The translations under genes and the position numbers were made by a program. A DNA stretch of 60,213 bases, the filler included. It is 6 parts of 6 records of this genome, joined end to end, with 100 filler letters (N's around TTAATTAATTAA, not from the genome) between each part and the next. Parts side by side here need not be neighbours in the genome. Positions count along the whole stretch, not along the records: positions 7,344 to 13,723 come from SRR31147125_18346; positions 13,824 to 20,062 come from SRR31147125_18347; positions 20,163 to 36,323 come from SRR31147125_18361; 3 more parts are not named here. One strand, 5' to 3'. The notes under the pieces were generated by a model. It was not told the DNA's origin. It saw nothing but the letters and a program-made list of their open reading frames with translations, and ran no database searches. Of the stretch, positions 10,240-22,201 are shown piece after piece; positions within the stretch are counted from its first letter, which is position 1, and each line of letters opens with the position of its first letter.

Positions 10240-11484
10240 ATGTTCCTAAATTATTCAGAAATTTTCTTATTAGGTGCTTTTTCCATTATCTTTTTATACT
10301 TTATCACTCATTATTTTACTAATCATGACCAAAAGTACAATTTATATTTTGCTATAGGATGTTTAATAATCATCATCCGCACCATTACCTACAACCTATT
10401 TGCAGTGATAGATACTGCTAATGTCTATTACAGCACAGTCGTGCGCATAACCCATTTGTCATTTATATGGGGTCCGTTTTTTTATGTTTTGCTTGCCAAT
10501 AGTCTGTTTCCAAAAATCGGCAATAAAAGTATCATAAACTTATTTGTAGCTTTAAGTGGTCTGCTTAGTTTATTTATTCTGATTGTTCCTGTGGCACAGT
10601 ACCCAAAAAAATTTGTATATGATTATGTAATTATTGCGTTTATGCTTTATGCCAATTATATCTTTACAATTGCGCTCATTAAAAAGATGGAGTTTTCATT
10701 GTCATTGTTTATAGCAAATTTGCTCTTTATAGTTGGCGTGATTCACGATGTACTTCAAGGTTCAAATATCATCCCATCAAGCTTTGGAGAACTGCATGCG
10801 TATGCATATTTTATATTTCTGTATATAGTTTCGGTAGTACATGCACAAAAAAATCTAATTATTGAACAAAAACATTTAAAATCCCAGCTGAATTTTCTGC
10901 ACGCGCAAATCAGACCACATTTTTTGTATAATACAATCAATACAATCCGCGCTTATTCAAAAACCGACGGTGAAAAATCAAGTGAACTACTGGACTGCTT
11001 ATGCACATATCTACGTGGAAAGTTAAAAGACAAGGATGATTTATTTACGTCACTTAAAGATGAAGTCGCCCTTGTTAAAGCTTACCTCTCTATAGAAAAA
11101 GCTCGGTTTGAGAATCGCCTGCAAGTAGAGTACGATATCGACGAAACACATGATATACTTATTCCGTGTCTTATTATACAGCCCATTGTCGAAAACGCCG
11201 TAAAGCATGGGCTTTCTCCAAGACTTGAGGGGGGTATTATTAAAATTGGCATTAAACAAGTGGATGAAAACATCATAATTACTGTAGAAGATAATGGTAT
11301 AGGGATGGATACTAGCCAAATGGCAGATATATTAGATGGAAACCAATCCGGGATTGGCATCAGCAACACAAATGAACGACTAAAGCGTTATTACAACACA
11401 GAAATAGAAATTTCAAGTATAAAAGATGTGGGTACAGAGTTTAAAATAACCATACCAAAAAAACGAGGTAATATTCATGCTTAA
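10240..11484 (+). CDS. Membrane sensor histidine kinase, LytS/YehU type
   Basis: Multi-TM N-terminus, then AQIRPHFLYNTIN, IQPIVENAVKHG, EDNGIG and GIGISN motifs. Confidence 0.92.
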   Translation: MFLNYSEIFLLGAFSIIFLYFITHYFTNHDQKYNLYFAIGCLIIIIRTITYNLFAVIDTANVYYSTVVRITHLSFIWGPFFYVLLANSLFPKIGNKSIINLFVALSGLLSLFILIVPVAQYPKKFVYDYVIIAFMLYANYIFTIALIKKMEFSLSLFIANLLFIVGVIHDVLQGSNIIPSSFGELHAYAYFIFLYIVSVVHAQKNLIIEQKHLKSQLNFLHAQIRPHFLYNTINTIRAYSKTDGEKSSELLDCLCTYLRGKLKDKDDLFTSLKDEVALVKAYLSIEKARFENRLQVEYDIDETHDILIPCLIIQPIVENAVKHGLSPRLEGGIIKIGIKQVDENIIITVEDNGIGMDTSQMADILDGNQSGIGISNTNERLKRYYNTEIEISSIKDVGTEFKITIPKKRGNIHA

Positions 11485-12229
11485 ATGTATTATCGTTGAT
11501 GACGAACGTGTCATTTTAAATGAAATAAAGGAACTGGTTTCAAGAGCAAACGTTCAGGTTGTAGGAATATACCAAAATTCTTTATTGGCATTAGAGGAAA
11601 TCGAATCCACTTTCCCTGATGTCGCTTTTATTGATATTGAAATGCCGGAGCTAAACGGTATTGAGCTTGCTAACCGAATAAAAGATATTAACTACAATAT
11701 TCAAATTGTTTTTATCACAGCGTACAAAGAATACGCTCTTAACGCCTTTGGCGTCAACGCGATACACTATCTGCTAAAACCCATCAGTATGGATGATATT
11801 AAAGAAGCGATCAATCGCGCCCATAAAATCAAACAAATGAAACAAGGGTTAGACGTCGCTAAATCGGCTTCTATTATAAAAAGCAAGCAAGGATTGCCAA
11901 AAAAAATCAGCTTACGCAATAACGAAGATATTGTCGTAATTAATATAACCGATATTCTATATCTTGCTTCGGCCAACGGTGTGACCACTATCTATACCAA
12001 AGAAGGAGGGTATAAGACCAGAAATGGATTAAACTACTGGGACAATTCATTAAAAGGTTTTGATTTTATCCGTTGTCATAAATCTTACATCGTGAATGCC
12101 AACTATATCTTCAAAATGATCCATGTGCTGGGTGAATACAAAGAACTATTGCTTTCTTATTGTGAAATAAGAATCCCCATTAGTCGCAGAAAAGTAAACG
12201 TTATTAAGGCTTGGATGGGGTTGGTTTAA
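11477..12229 (+). CDS. LytTR family response regulator
   Basis: REC domain (IVDDE, FIDIEMP, YLLKP) plus LytTR domain (FIRCHKSYIVN, IPISRR). Confidence 0.93.
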   Translation: MLKCIIVDDERVILNEIKELVSRANVQVVGIYQNSLLALEEIESTFPDVAFIDIEMPELNGIELANRIKDINYNIQIVFITAYKEYALNAFGVNAIHYLLKPISMDDIKEAINRAHKIKQMKQGLDVAKSASIIKSKQGLPKKISLRNNEDIVVINITDILYLASANGVTTIYTKEGGYKTRNGLNYWDNSLKGFDFIRCHKSYIVNANYIFKMIHVLGEYKELLLSYCEIRIPISRRKVNVIKAWMGLV

Positions 12230-12288
12230 GTTTATTTTAGATTTTTCTGTGTACATTTTAGGACTTTTTTAATTATTGATATTTAAAG

Positions 12289-12328
12289 AAGACGGAGTTT
12301 ATGAGAAATCAGAAGACCGTCTTTTTTT
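12289..12328 (+). terminator. Possible intrinsic terminator
   Basis: AAGACGG...CCGTCTT stem with a long loop, followed by a T-run. Confidence 0.4.
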
Positions 12329-12362
12329 ATATTCTAATTTTCCCTCTAAATCCGCACCTCTT

Positions 12363-12379
12363 TATAGTTTAAAACTATA
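12363..12379. promoter_or_regulatory. MET-box (MtaR/MetR LysR-type operator)
   Basis: Perfect palindrome TATAGTTT-A-AAACTATA about 80 bp upstream of metE. Confidence 0.75.
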
Positions 12380-12461
12380 GCATACCATATTTTATAAGTC
12401 TTATTCTATAGATGCTTTTTATGATACATTTAGTCTATAAAATAATTAAGGAGAATTAAAA

Positions 12462-13723
12462 ATGAGAACCAGCATTATAGGCTATCCAAGAATTGGATCT
12501 AACAGACAACTTAAATTTGCGCTAGAGGACTATTTTAAAAATAGAATATCTTTTAAACAGCTTGAAAACTGTGCCGCTATTTTAAGACAAGACCATTGGG
12601 AAAAGCAGAAAAGTGCTGGCATCAATTTTATTCCGTCAAATGATTTTTCGTTTTACGATAACGTCCTTGATACTGCTTTTTTACTGAACATTATCCCTAG
12701 TCGATATGAAAATTTAAAGCTTGATACACAAGATATATACTTTGCTATGGCAAGAGGTTATCAAGGCAAAGAAGGCGATGTAAAAGCACTTGCTTTGAAA
12801 AAATGGTTTAATACAAACTATCACTATATCGTTCCCGAAATAGAAGACGATACAGCTATTAAACTGGTGGGGAATAAGCCATTTGACGAATTTATAGAAG
12901 CAGAAGCTAAAGGTATTACAACCAAGCCCGTTATTATCGGTGCTTTTACACTATTGAAGCTTATAAAGTTTAACGACAATAAAACAATAAAAGATGTGAC
13001 ACAAGATATTATAAATGCTTATATTAGTATACTGGATCGGTTTGATCATATAGGTGCCGAATGGATCCAATTTGACGAACCTTCACTCGTTACTGATTTA
13101 AGCAACCAAGACGTTGACCTTTTCAATGAGCTTTACAATCAAATACTATCCAACAAAAAATCGGTAAAAGTTTTATTACAAACGTATTTTGGGGATATTA
13201 GAGATTGTTACAATAACGTAGTTTCTAAACCTTTTGATGGTATTGGATTAGATTTTTTTGAAGGAAAAAAATCCTTAGAGCTTATTAAAGAAAAGGGTTT
13301 TCCAAAAGACAAACTCCTATTTGCTGGAGTTGTAAACGGAAAAAATATTTGGAAAAACAATTATAAGCAAACAATTGATACTATTTTCGAATTAGAAAAA
13401 CATACAAATGAATTAATCATTGGTACTTCGTGCTCGTTGCTTCATGTTCCATACACTTTGCAAAACGAAACTGATCTTGAAGCTAAATATAAAGAACGCT
13501 TAGCTTTTGCACAAGAAAAAATCTTTGAACTTTTGGATATGAAGGATATTCTTTCATCCAGCAAGCCAACTAAACACCCAAAGTATATAGAAAATTATAA
13601 ATTGTTAAGCACAACGCGGGCAAATAGTATCGATAAACATGTACAAGAAAAAATCACCAAGTTATGCAAAAAGGATTTTGAGAGACTTCCTGACTTTTCG
13701 GAACGAAAATTGATACAGCAAAA
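12462..13723 (+). CDS. metE: Cobalamin-independent methionine synthase, 3'-truncated
   Basis: GYPRIG, PSNDFSFYD, KKWFNTNYHYIVPE, WIQFDEP and SCSLLHVP motifs. Confidence 0.95.
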
Positions 13724-13823
13724 NNNNNNNNNNNNNNNNNNNNNNNNNNNNNNNNNNNNNNNNNNNNTTAATTAATTAANNNNNNNNNNNNNNNNNNNNN
13801 NNNNNNNNNNNNNNNNNNNNNNN
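13724..13823. other. Artificial contig linker
   Basis: N44-TTAATTAATTAA-N44. Confidence 0.98.
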
Positions 13824-14489
13824 TGAGACTTTTGCAAAGGTGGCTTTGCCTACGGAATCATATACAACATGAACGCCATGACCGTCTGTAATACGTTTGA
13901 CCTCATTTTCAAAATCATGTTCTGAGTAGAGAATAACATGATCAGCACCCGCATCTCTGGCCAGTTGCGCCTTTTCTTCAGTTGAGACGGTTGCCACAAT
14001 TTTTGCGCCACAATTTTTTGCTACCTGAACAAGCAGCAAACCAACACCGCCGGCCGCAGCATGTATTAGACACCAGTCACCTTTTTTAATGGAATAGGTA
14101 CTCGTGGCAAGATAATGGGCTGTCATGCCCTGAAGCATAGATGCGGCAGCGTGCCTGTAATCAATATTTTCAGGTAAAAGGACAGTCTTTTTGGCAGGTA
14201 AAACAATATATTCCGCATAAGCGCCAGCAACATTGGCAAAAGCAACTCGATCGCCAACTTGAAAATCACTTAAAGAACCACATTTTTCCACAACACCCGC
14301 ACCTTCAAGACCGGGTATATATGGAAGATCGACAGGATAGAGCCCTGTACGATGGTAAGTATCTATAAAATTGACACCAATGGCCTCCAGTTTTACCAGG
14401 AGCTGACCTTCGCCCGGTTCAGGCACCGGCCTTTCATTCAGCTTCATAACATCTGGTGGACCAAATCGTTCTATTTGAATTGTTTTCAC
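13824..14489 (-). CDS. qor: NADPH:quinone oxidoreductase (zeta-crystallin/MDR), 3'-truncated
   Basis: IGVNFIDTYHRTGLY, PGLEGAG, LQGMTAHYL, HAAAGGVG and YDSVGK motifs. Confidence 0.88.
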
Positions 14490-14550
14490 AATAAAGCCAA
14501 TTTAACATCATCAATAGTGAATTGACATCCTGGCAGGTTACATCTCTTGC

Positions 14551-15404
14551 CTAGAAATGCCAATATTTTTTCTTTCCAACAAAATTTTCTTCAAAGTGAT
14601 TCCTCAGAGTTTGAAACGCTTCATCTACGGTATCCACCATATGAAACAGAGACATATCCTCTTCACTGATCACACCCCATTTAATCATTTCATCAAAGTT
14701 GACCACTTTTTGCCAGTACTCTTTACCATAAACAACAACACAAAGAGGTTTGGAAATTTTTTGTGTTTGCCGCAGTGTCAGCAGCTCAAACAATTCATCC
14801 ATGGTGCCAAAACCACCTGGAAAAACCACAAGAGCTTTGGCTGTATAAACGAACCAGAATTTGCGCATAAAAAAGTAATGGAATTCAAAGGACAGATCTT
14901 CATCAATATAAGAATTTGGAAACTGTTCCATGGCGATGCTGATGTTTAATCCAATCGTATGTCCACCAGCTTCCGAAGCGCCACGATTTGCTGCTTCCAT
15001 AATACCCGGACCGCCACCGGAACAGACAATGAATCGCTGACTATCATCCAATCCCAGCGACCATTTTGTCAAAACGTTTGCCAGTTCTCTGGCTTCTTCA
15101 TAATACCTGGCCATTTTCAAGTCATGTTCGGCTTCCTGAATCTGTTTTTTTAGATCATCCTGAGCATTGTCAGCGGCTGTGGATAACTTCCATTTAAGTT
15201 GAGAATAACGATTTTTGGCCTGACTCATGGAGGGTATACGAGCAGAACCGTAAAACACCACCGTATCTTTGATCCCCTTTTTTTCAAACGATACAATGGC
15301 TCTAAATACTCGGCTAATATTCTGATAGCCCTGGCATCGGCACTGTTTAAAAAATTCAGATTTTCATACGATTTTATCAAATGTTTTGTATTTTCTTGTT
15401 CCAT
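14551..15404 (-). CDS. LOG family (TIGR00730-like) protein, split by a frameshift near 15270
   Basis: The N-terminal part (FLNSADARAIRILAEYLEP) and the C-terminal part (GGGPGIMEAANRGA, FFMRKFWF, PGGFGTMDE) are in different frames across a homopolymer run. Confidence 0.85.
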
Positions 15405-15470
15405 AATCAACTCGTTTATAATGTACGATTTAATAATTAAATGTAACTATGTCGAACAAAACAGATTGAA

Positions 15471-16235
15471 TTAAAAATGTCTTTTTAGCCATATAGCCGT
15501 TTGACGAATAACCTGACGTCGATGGGCTGGATTCTGAAACGTATGGTTAGCCCCTGGTATTTCCATAAAATCTGTCGGGGGAATGACAATATCCTGAAAA
15601 TCTTTAAAACCTTGAACAAAAAGAGGTGCATCCATTGATCCCTGTGCGATCAGTTTTGGCATAGTCAGACGTGAGAGTGCTTCTTTTATATTATATGTTG
15701 TAGAATCTTCCCAGAATTCACGTTTGATAAGCCATCCATCATGTTCGTATACTTTAATTTCAGAAATTTTTTCCTGCAAATCACTCACGTAACTTTCGAA
15801 TAAACTTTTCAAATCCGGGACAGCAGACCAGGTAACGAGCACATCAGCATCCTCTTCCTGTAAGGTTAGAATAGCAGTTGCGGCTCCCATACTTATTCCC
15901 AAAACCGCAATATTGGTATACCCTTTTTCACGCGCCCACTTTATAGCATCCTTTAAATTTGTTATGTTATGACTTAACAGGGTATCGGAGAAATCACCTT
16001 CACTGTCTCCGGAGCCATAAAAATCAAATCGAAAAGCATCAAAACCTTGTTTGGCGAATTCTCTGGCAGCTTCAACAAAGAGTCTTTTACTCTCCATTTT
16101 ATTGCCGGTAAATCCATGACACATTAAAATGACTTTCGAATTTCCTGCCTGATGCAATATGCCCACAAGTTGATTTTTTTCACTTTCAAAAACAACTGGA
16201 GTTTCCTGTATCGTCTTATTTGTTGATTTCGCCAT
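15471..16235 (-). CDS. Alpha/beta hydrolase
   Basis: HGFTG, RFDFYGSGDSEG, nucleophile motif GISMG and GANHTF. Confidence 0.88.
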   Translation of the reverse strand: MAKSTNKTIQETPVVFESEKNQLVGILHQAGNSKVILMCHGFTGNKMESKRLFVEAAREFAKQGFDAFRFDFYGSGDSEGDFSDTLLSHNITNLKDAIKWAREKGYTNIAVLGISMGAATAILTLQEEDADVLVTWSAVPDLKSLFESYVSDLQEKISEIKVYEHDGWLIKREFWEDSTTYNIKEALSRLTMPKLIAQGSMDAPLFVQGFKDFQDIVIPPTDFMEIPGANHTFQNPAHRRQVIRQTAIWLKRHF

Positions 16236-16492
16236 AGTAGATTAAAATATTCTCCTTTATTCGTGTATTTGGTGAAAAGTTGGACAGGTAAAATAGAGTG
16301 ATATTGTAAAAATGTGGCTATGCGTCTTGCAAAATACCTCTGTATGCCTATTGTGTTCCTGATATAAATCTCATTTCTATTTTTAATCAGGTGTTATAAT
16401 GAAAATCGTGATGAAATTTCACGTTCATCAAAGGGCCTGACATTTCATCAGGGTACATAACAATAGATAACCAAATAAGACAAAAGAGTTGC

Positions 16493-18253
16493 TTAACCTT
16501 GTTCTTCCAACTTTTTCCTCAGGTAATCAAGTTTAATTTTAAACCGTTCGTTATCAGGTTCCGTTTTCAAGAGTCGTTCATAAACGATAATTGCTTTTCC
16601 ATACTGTCCCTGGGCGGCATAAATATCCCCAAGTGTCGGTGTTACAAATTTCTCCTTGGCGTCTTCGGTCATTTCCTCATGAGACTCACCAGGGCTCATT
16701 CCAGCGTCTTGCATTGATTCAGGAAAAGGTGATTCCTCTACTTGTTCTGTGGAATGCGGATCATACAGACCTTCCGAATCTGAAGCAGTAATATCCTCAT
16801 GTTTTGTTTCATAATCATCTAACTCTGCAAGGAATTGACTAATATCTTCATGTCCGGCTGCTCCTTCTTCTTCCAGGCCAATTGTACCAAATTCCTGTTT
16901 TTGATTTTGAGTCTCCGGGAGTTCCTTATCTTCCATATCAGATTTTTCTTCATCCACGGGAAAATCGACAGCTGGCATTTCTTCCTCTTCAATGTACTCG
17001 AGGTCAAGATCTTCTGCCTTAATAGGCTCTAAATCAAGATTAAAATCAGACTCGTCTGTTTCTGGCGAGAACACCTCGGCTTCCAGCCTGGATTCTGCAT
17101 CAAACACTTCTTCCTGATCGGATTTCCCCTCTTCCGAAAGCGGACGAAAAACTTCTGGCTGCTGATCCTCGTCTAACTCTTCCGAGACCGGACTAAAATC
17201 ATCTGCGTCCTGATCAGAGTTCAAGTCTTCCGAGGCAGGTTTAAAAACATCTGCTTCCAAACCAGATTCTGATTCATCTGATAACGGTCTAAAATCCTCT
17301 ATTTCATACTTTGTTTCTGGTTCCTTTTGTTCTGAACCATAAACATCTTGATCTATATCTTTTGTAACCTCTGAGCTCTCATCCTGATCCAGAGATGGAG
17401 CCACTACTTCTTTTTCTTCTTCCAGTGTCACGCGTTCTTCAATATCCGGTTCTAAAATCGTTTTTTCAATATCCTCTTTATCCAGGTCCTGACTTGAATC
17501 ATATGAGGCGGCTTCCTGTCCGGCAGCCCGTTCCAGAGCTTCTTTTGTCTCACGTTCTAATCGTTCTTCTTCAGCGACTGAAGGGCTGAAAATATCATCC
17601 AAAATTTCTGAAAAACGAGCCTCTTCCTCCTCAAAATATTCTGCTTCATAATCCAGATCTATCTGATCTTCAGTGTCGTGTAAGAGTTCTTCGTCATCCA
17701 GTGGAGTTAATTCGAGGGTATCTTCCGTCTCTTCAATAGCTTCAGCATCATCAGCAGATTCAGTAATTATATTTTCTTCAGTTAATTGTTCCTGATCGGA
17801 AACCAATGGTTCTTCCACAGGGGCCTGATCTGCTGCTTTAACGGCGGCCAAATCTTCTTCAATATGTGAATATAACGGATCGATTAAGCGAATTTTTTCC
17901 AGGCTCATCTCACTTGATTTATGCCAGCCGATATCTGCCATTAATTGACTATATAATTTATGAGCACTCAGAAAGTGAGGTTCAATAGACAATACTTTTT
18001 TTAGCCTCTTTTCAGCCAAATCATAGTGTTTTTGAGCATAAAAACATCTTGCTAAAATAAAATGTCCGGTTGAATAATTGGGGTGATAACTTAAACCTTC
18101 TGTACAGATTTCGATAGCTTTATCAACCTCATCCATTTTTAAATATCTATCCGCTAACCTGGCGAAAATAATGGATCTGGCATTTTCACCTAAATGTTGT
18201 TTTAACGAATAAATTTCATCTGTATGGTCAGCCGGCATGGTAGTTCTCCTCAT
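16493..18253 (-). CDS. TPR protein with a long acidic disordered middle
   Basis: N-terminal TPRs (FARLADRYL...), an Asp/Glu-rich centre and C-terminal TPTLGDIYAAQG TPR. It lies downstream of lptE. Confidence 0.8.
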   Translation of the reverse strand: MRRTTMPADHTDEIYSLKQHLGENARSIIFARLADRYLKMDEVDKAIEICTEGLSYHPNYSTGHFILARCFYAQKHYDLAEKRLKKVLSIEPHFLSAHKLYSQLMADIGWHKSSEMSLEKIRLIDPLYSHIEEDLAAVKAADQAPVEEPLVSDQEQLTEENIITESADDAEAIEETEDTLELTPLDDEELLHDTEDQIDLDYEAEYFEEEEARFSEILDDIFSPSVAEEERLERETKEALERAAGQEAASYDSSQDLDKEDIEKTILEPDIEERVTLEEEKEVVAPSLDQDESSEVTKDIDQDVYGSEQKEPETKYEIEDFRPLSDESESGLEADVFKPASEDLNSDQDADDFSPVSEELDEDQQPEVFRPLSEEGKSDQEEVFDAESRLEAEVFSPETDESDFNLDLEPIKAEDLDLEYIEEEEMPAVDFPVDEEKSDMEDKELPETQNQKQEFGTIGLEEEGAAGHEDISQFLAELDDYETKHEDITASDSEGLYDPHSTEQVEESPFPESMQDAGMSPGESHEEMTEDAKEKFVTPTLGDIYAAQGQYGKAIIVYERLLKTEPDNERFKIKLDYLRKKLEEQG

Positions 18254-18512
18254 TCACAGTAAACATATTTACTTGATATTCAAACGTTAATATCAAGATG
18301 ATAAAAAGAGTATGACTTTTACTCATTGTAACAATAGTCCAAATAAGAGTATTCATACTCCTGTACGAAACATTTTTTTTAATAATTACCTGATGGCATA
18401 ATTATTATTATAGTACTTGCCAAAATCAAATTATGCAGACGGTAAAATTATACTTTTAATAGCGATAGAACACATTCAAAATAAAATACAACGATTTTCA
18501 AATATTTTTTTA

Positions 18513-19031
18513 TCACCAACCAGAGACAGTTTTGTTAAGGATTTCTTCACTAATTTTATCAATGGCTTCCGTAATACCATCTAAACGGGCATCAGCCCCA
18601 CCAGCCAAATCATAAGTACCCCATTGGGTGAGACGTTCCTGCCATAGGGTCGTCCGTTTCACCTGATCCAGGCACTTTATATTCACAGTCAGGTATATCT
18701 TTAAATCCTGGACAACCTCATTTTGAGTATAAGCACCGGCCCTGTCGTCAACCCGGACAATGGTTCCATTAATAAGGATATCGGCGGAATTGCGATCGGC
18801 GATTTTGAGAGTATTATCCTGATTAAATTCATCAATAACTGTATCTGTCAGTTCCTCTGATAGGCCAAATTCAGCAGTCCGGTTTTCAAAAAGAGGTACG
18901 GCAACAGTTTTTAAATGCGGTGCCAACGATCCCGAGAAAGAATAGAACCCACAACCTAATTGTAATAAAAATATTGTAATAATCAAGGAAAAGAATATTT
19001 TTTTATTATTATTTTTACATTTATTCATCAA
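18513..19031 (-). CDS. lptE: LptE-like LPS-assembly lipoprotein
   Basis: Lipobox LQLGC followed by [18 protein letters not shown] and a terminal W. It follows a sigma-54 activator. Confidence 0.75.
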   Translation of the reverse strand: MMNKCKNNNKKIFFSLIITIFLLQLGCGFYSFSGSLAPHLKTVAVPLFENRTAEFGLSEELTDTVIDEFNQDNTLKIADRNSADILINGTIVRVDDRAGAYTQNEVVQDLKIYLTVNIKCLDQVKRTTLWQERLTQWGTYDLAGGADARLDGITEAIDKISEEILNKTVSGW

Positions 19032-20062
19032 ACGACCTTAGATTATATCTGTTTATTTTACGATATAAAGTTCTTTCGCTTACTCCCAGCAACCTGGCAG
19101 TTTTGCGTTTACTTCCCGTTTTTTTCAATGTTTCTTTTATAAGCTCTTTTTCCATTTCAGCCACAGACAGGCTATTATCCTCGTTATTCTTCAGGTCCAG
19201 AATTGTATTATCACCATATTCATCCGGCAGATCCTCTCTCCATGGTCCGAGACGGTAAGTGGCTCGCATGCCAGTCAATATTAGTTCCCTAAGCTGAGCG
19301 ATTTCACTTTTAATTTCCAATAGAGCCCGCCACAAAAACTCGCGCTCAGCATCTTCCTTTGGTTTGTTAACAGGAACCGGTAACGTTTTATCAAAATGAT
19401 CTGGCAGATCCATGTATTTTTTAAGAGAGGATTCTGTAATTCTCGTTCCACGCTCCATCACAATGACTTTTTCCACCAGATTTCTCAATTCACGAATATT
19501 GCCCGGCCAGTGATATTTTTTTAAAGCATTCAAAGCACTGTCTTCAAAACCTTCAAACTCGATAAGATTGTCACGGGCAAAATCCAGAGCAAATTTTTGT
19601 ACAAGTATCGGAATATCTTCTTTACGCTCCCGCAGACTGGGAACGTGAATATGCATGGCATTTAGTCGATAAAACAAATCCTCTCGAAAATTGCCTTTCT
19701 GAACCTCGGTTTCAAGATTCTTATTCGTTGCTGTAATGAAACGAATATCCACATGATGAACAGTTGAACCGCCAACGCGCATAAATTCCCGTTCTTCGAG
19801 AACCCTCAACAGCTTGACCTGGATCATGAGCGGCAGATCTCCAATTTCATCAAGGAAGATACTGCCCATATGAGCCAGTTCAAAATAGCCTTTGCGCGGA
19901 CCAACCGCACCTGTAAAAGAACCTTTTTCATGCCCAAAAAGCTCGGACTCCAGGATCCCTTCTGGTATGGCACCACAATTGACCGTGATCAGAGGTTGAG
20001 TTCGACGTCGACTCCGCAGGTGAATGGCTTTGGCAACCAGTTCTTTTCCTGTTCCGCTTTCT
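19021..20062 (-). CDS. Sigma-54-dependent (NtrC/Fis) transcriptional regulator, 5'-truncated
   Basis: The frame is open to the contig edge. Motifs: ESGTGKE Walker A, GSFTGA loop, [23 protein letters not shown] and a C-terminal HTH. Confidence 0.92.
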
Positions 20063-20162
20063 NNNNNNNNNNNNNNNNNNNNNNNNNNNNNNNNNNNNNN
20101 NNNNNNTTAATTAATTAANNNNNNNNNNNNNNNNNNNNNNNNNNNNNNNNNNNNNNNNNNNN
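20063..20162. other. Artificial contig linker
   Basis: N44-TTAATTAATTAA-N44. Confidence 0.98.
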
Positions 20163-20698
20163 CCTGTAACTTGTGCCCCAAAGTATGTGGCAAGTTGTAC
20201 CGCAAAAGTACCTACCGACCCGGAAGCGCCAATAATCAGGACTTTTTGTCCGCTTTGGATATGTCCATTATCTCTAAGGAACGGTAATGCTGTTAATGCA
20301 CCATAAGGAACAGCGGCGGCTTGCTCCCAGGTTATATTGGCTGGTTTTATTGCCAGGAGCCCGTTTTCAGGAAGGCATATATACTCGGCATGCGCACCAT
20401 AACTGGTACCGCTATCTGCGAAAACGTGGTCTCCTTTTTTAAATAATTTTACATCCTTGCCTACGGATTCAATTTCCCCGGCCAGCTCTGTCCCTAATGT
20501 CTTTACTTTTGGTCTTAAAAGACCCGTGGCAAGTCTGGCAAAAAAGGCGTCGCCCTTGCGAAAGGTAGAGTCCACAGCTGTTACTGTTGTTGCATCTATT
20601 TTTATTAAAACTTCATTGCTTCCGGGAGTGGGTTTTTCTACATCTATGAGCTGAAGAACATCCGGTGATCCGTATTTGGTGTACACGACCGTTTTCAT
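20163..20698 (-). CDS. NAD(P)-dependent MDR oxidoreductase, paralogue 1, 3'-truncated
   Basis: [15 protein letters not shown] and [12 protein letters not shown] motifs. Confidence 0.88.
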
Positions 20699-20843
20699 GA
20701 GTATTTCTCCACATTTATTTTGAATTGTTTGTACTCCTCGTTACATTTTATTTCTTTATGTTGAACTACATGCAAAACTAGTGCAGGTCGGATTATAAAA
20801 CAGCAAATGGTTGTTACAATTTGTTTTTATTATAATAAGCTAA

Positions 20844-20902
20844 TAAGGTAAAAGGTTTTTTGTGTTTTTATTCTATTAAGGTTTAAAAACTAAAAATAAG
20901 GT
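20844..20902 (+). promoter_or_regulatory. TAAGGT triad motif, copy 1
   Basis: TAAGGT at 20844, 20877 and 20897 (33/20 bp spacing), about 146 bp upstream of paralogue 1. Confidence 0.5.
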
Positions 20903-21051
20903 TTTTAAATTCTACTGTTTCACTGGCCATAAAAGTCCGGATTAAGTGTTGATGGCGGTCGCGGATAGGCAGGCTTCAGGCCAGTCAAAATCCATTGCAA
21001 TACGGAGATATTCATACAAACAACGGCTTTTCGTCGTCTGCTGTAACACTT

Positions 21052-22048
21052 TCAGGTTATGTTATTAAGCTCAATATTTATGACAACTTTTCCTCGGGCG
21101 TGTCCTTTTTCAAGATAGCGGATTGCTTCAGCAACCTCACCTAACGGGTAACGTCTATCTATAACAGGTACGATTTTGCCCGCTTCAAGAAGCTCTTTCA
21201 GGAAAACCAGGTCCTCTTTGTTTGCATTTGCCTCCCCCATGGGACCTATGTTCATACCCCCGGTTTTTGAAACCCATGATCCGATGAATGCATGTTGGAA
21301 AATAAGAGCCAGGGATGTAAATCCTATTATGACACAACGGCCATTGGGACTCAAGACACGTTTTAAATCCGCTACAGTACGATTTCCCACATTATCAATA
21401 ATCAGGTCATAGAGTTGCCCATCCCGGGTGAAATCTTTTTGCGTGTAATCAATGACCTGGTCTGCACCAATCGAGCGCACCATGTCCAGATTCCCTTGTG
21501 CTGCACACACCAGTCACTTCCGCTCCGAACGCTTTGGCAATCTGTACTGCAAACGTACCCACGCCACCAGACGCACCATTTATCAAAACCTTTTGTCCGG
21601 ATTGAACATGTCCTTTATCACGAAGACCTTGCAGGGCACTGACTGCCGCAGCAGGTACGGCTGCGGCTTCTTCGAATGTCGTACCGGCCGGTTTCAACAC
21701 CAGGTTTGCATTTTCAGGAACGCACACATACTCGGCAAAACCACCTAAACCAATCTTGTACAAGTCGCCGAATACCTCATCACCCGGCTGAAACTGCTTT
21801 ACGTTTACACCAACCGCATCGATCCGTCCCGCTATGTCAGATCCGAGTATCTTGTCCTTTGGTTTTAAAAGCCCGCGCCCAATGCGAGCCAGGAACGGCG
21901 TGCCTCTCAGGAAATGCCAGTCAAGTGGATTGACGGATGCGGCGTGAATTTTTATTTGTATTTCATTGTCTTTTGGGAAGGGTTTTTCAAATTCTTTTAA
22001 TTCAAGGACATCGGGTGAACCGTATTTTTGATAGACAATGGCTTTCAA
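21052..22048 (-). CDS. NAD(P)-dependent MDR oxidoreductase, paralogue 2, frameshifted near 21495
   Basis: ORFs 21449-22048 and 21052-21510 join into one full-length protein (VCSTR/NLDMVRSIGAD) if one G is removed. Confidence 0.85.
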
Positions 22049-22201
22049 AGTATTCCTCCTAATTTATTTTTTATTGTTCCTATTTCCTGATAAATCTTCC
22101 TATTTTTATGATGCCCGGGATTCGATTTTGGTGCTCACATGTACCGAATATGAACCGGGTAAAAAGGGATTTCTATTTTATTTTCAAAATAAATAAGACA
22201 A

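Noticed and set aside
18305-18360. Two short GAGTA...TACTC palindromes upstream of the TPR gene
   Set aside because: They are short, have unequal spacers and lie in AT-rich DNA with no supporting context.
20771-20787. Sigma-54-like promoter CTGCAC-N5-TTGCA before MDR paralogue 1
   Set aside because: It lacks the invariant GG at -24 and is not seen before the other paralogues.
21040-21063. ACATAAC at the end of MDR paralogue 2 as an attC R'' site
   Set aside because: No inverted arms or R' partner were found at a suitable distance.
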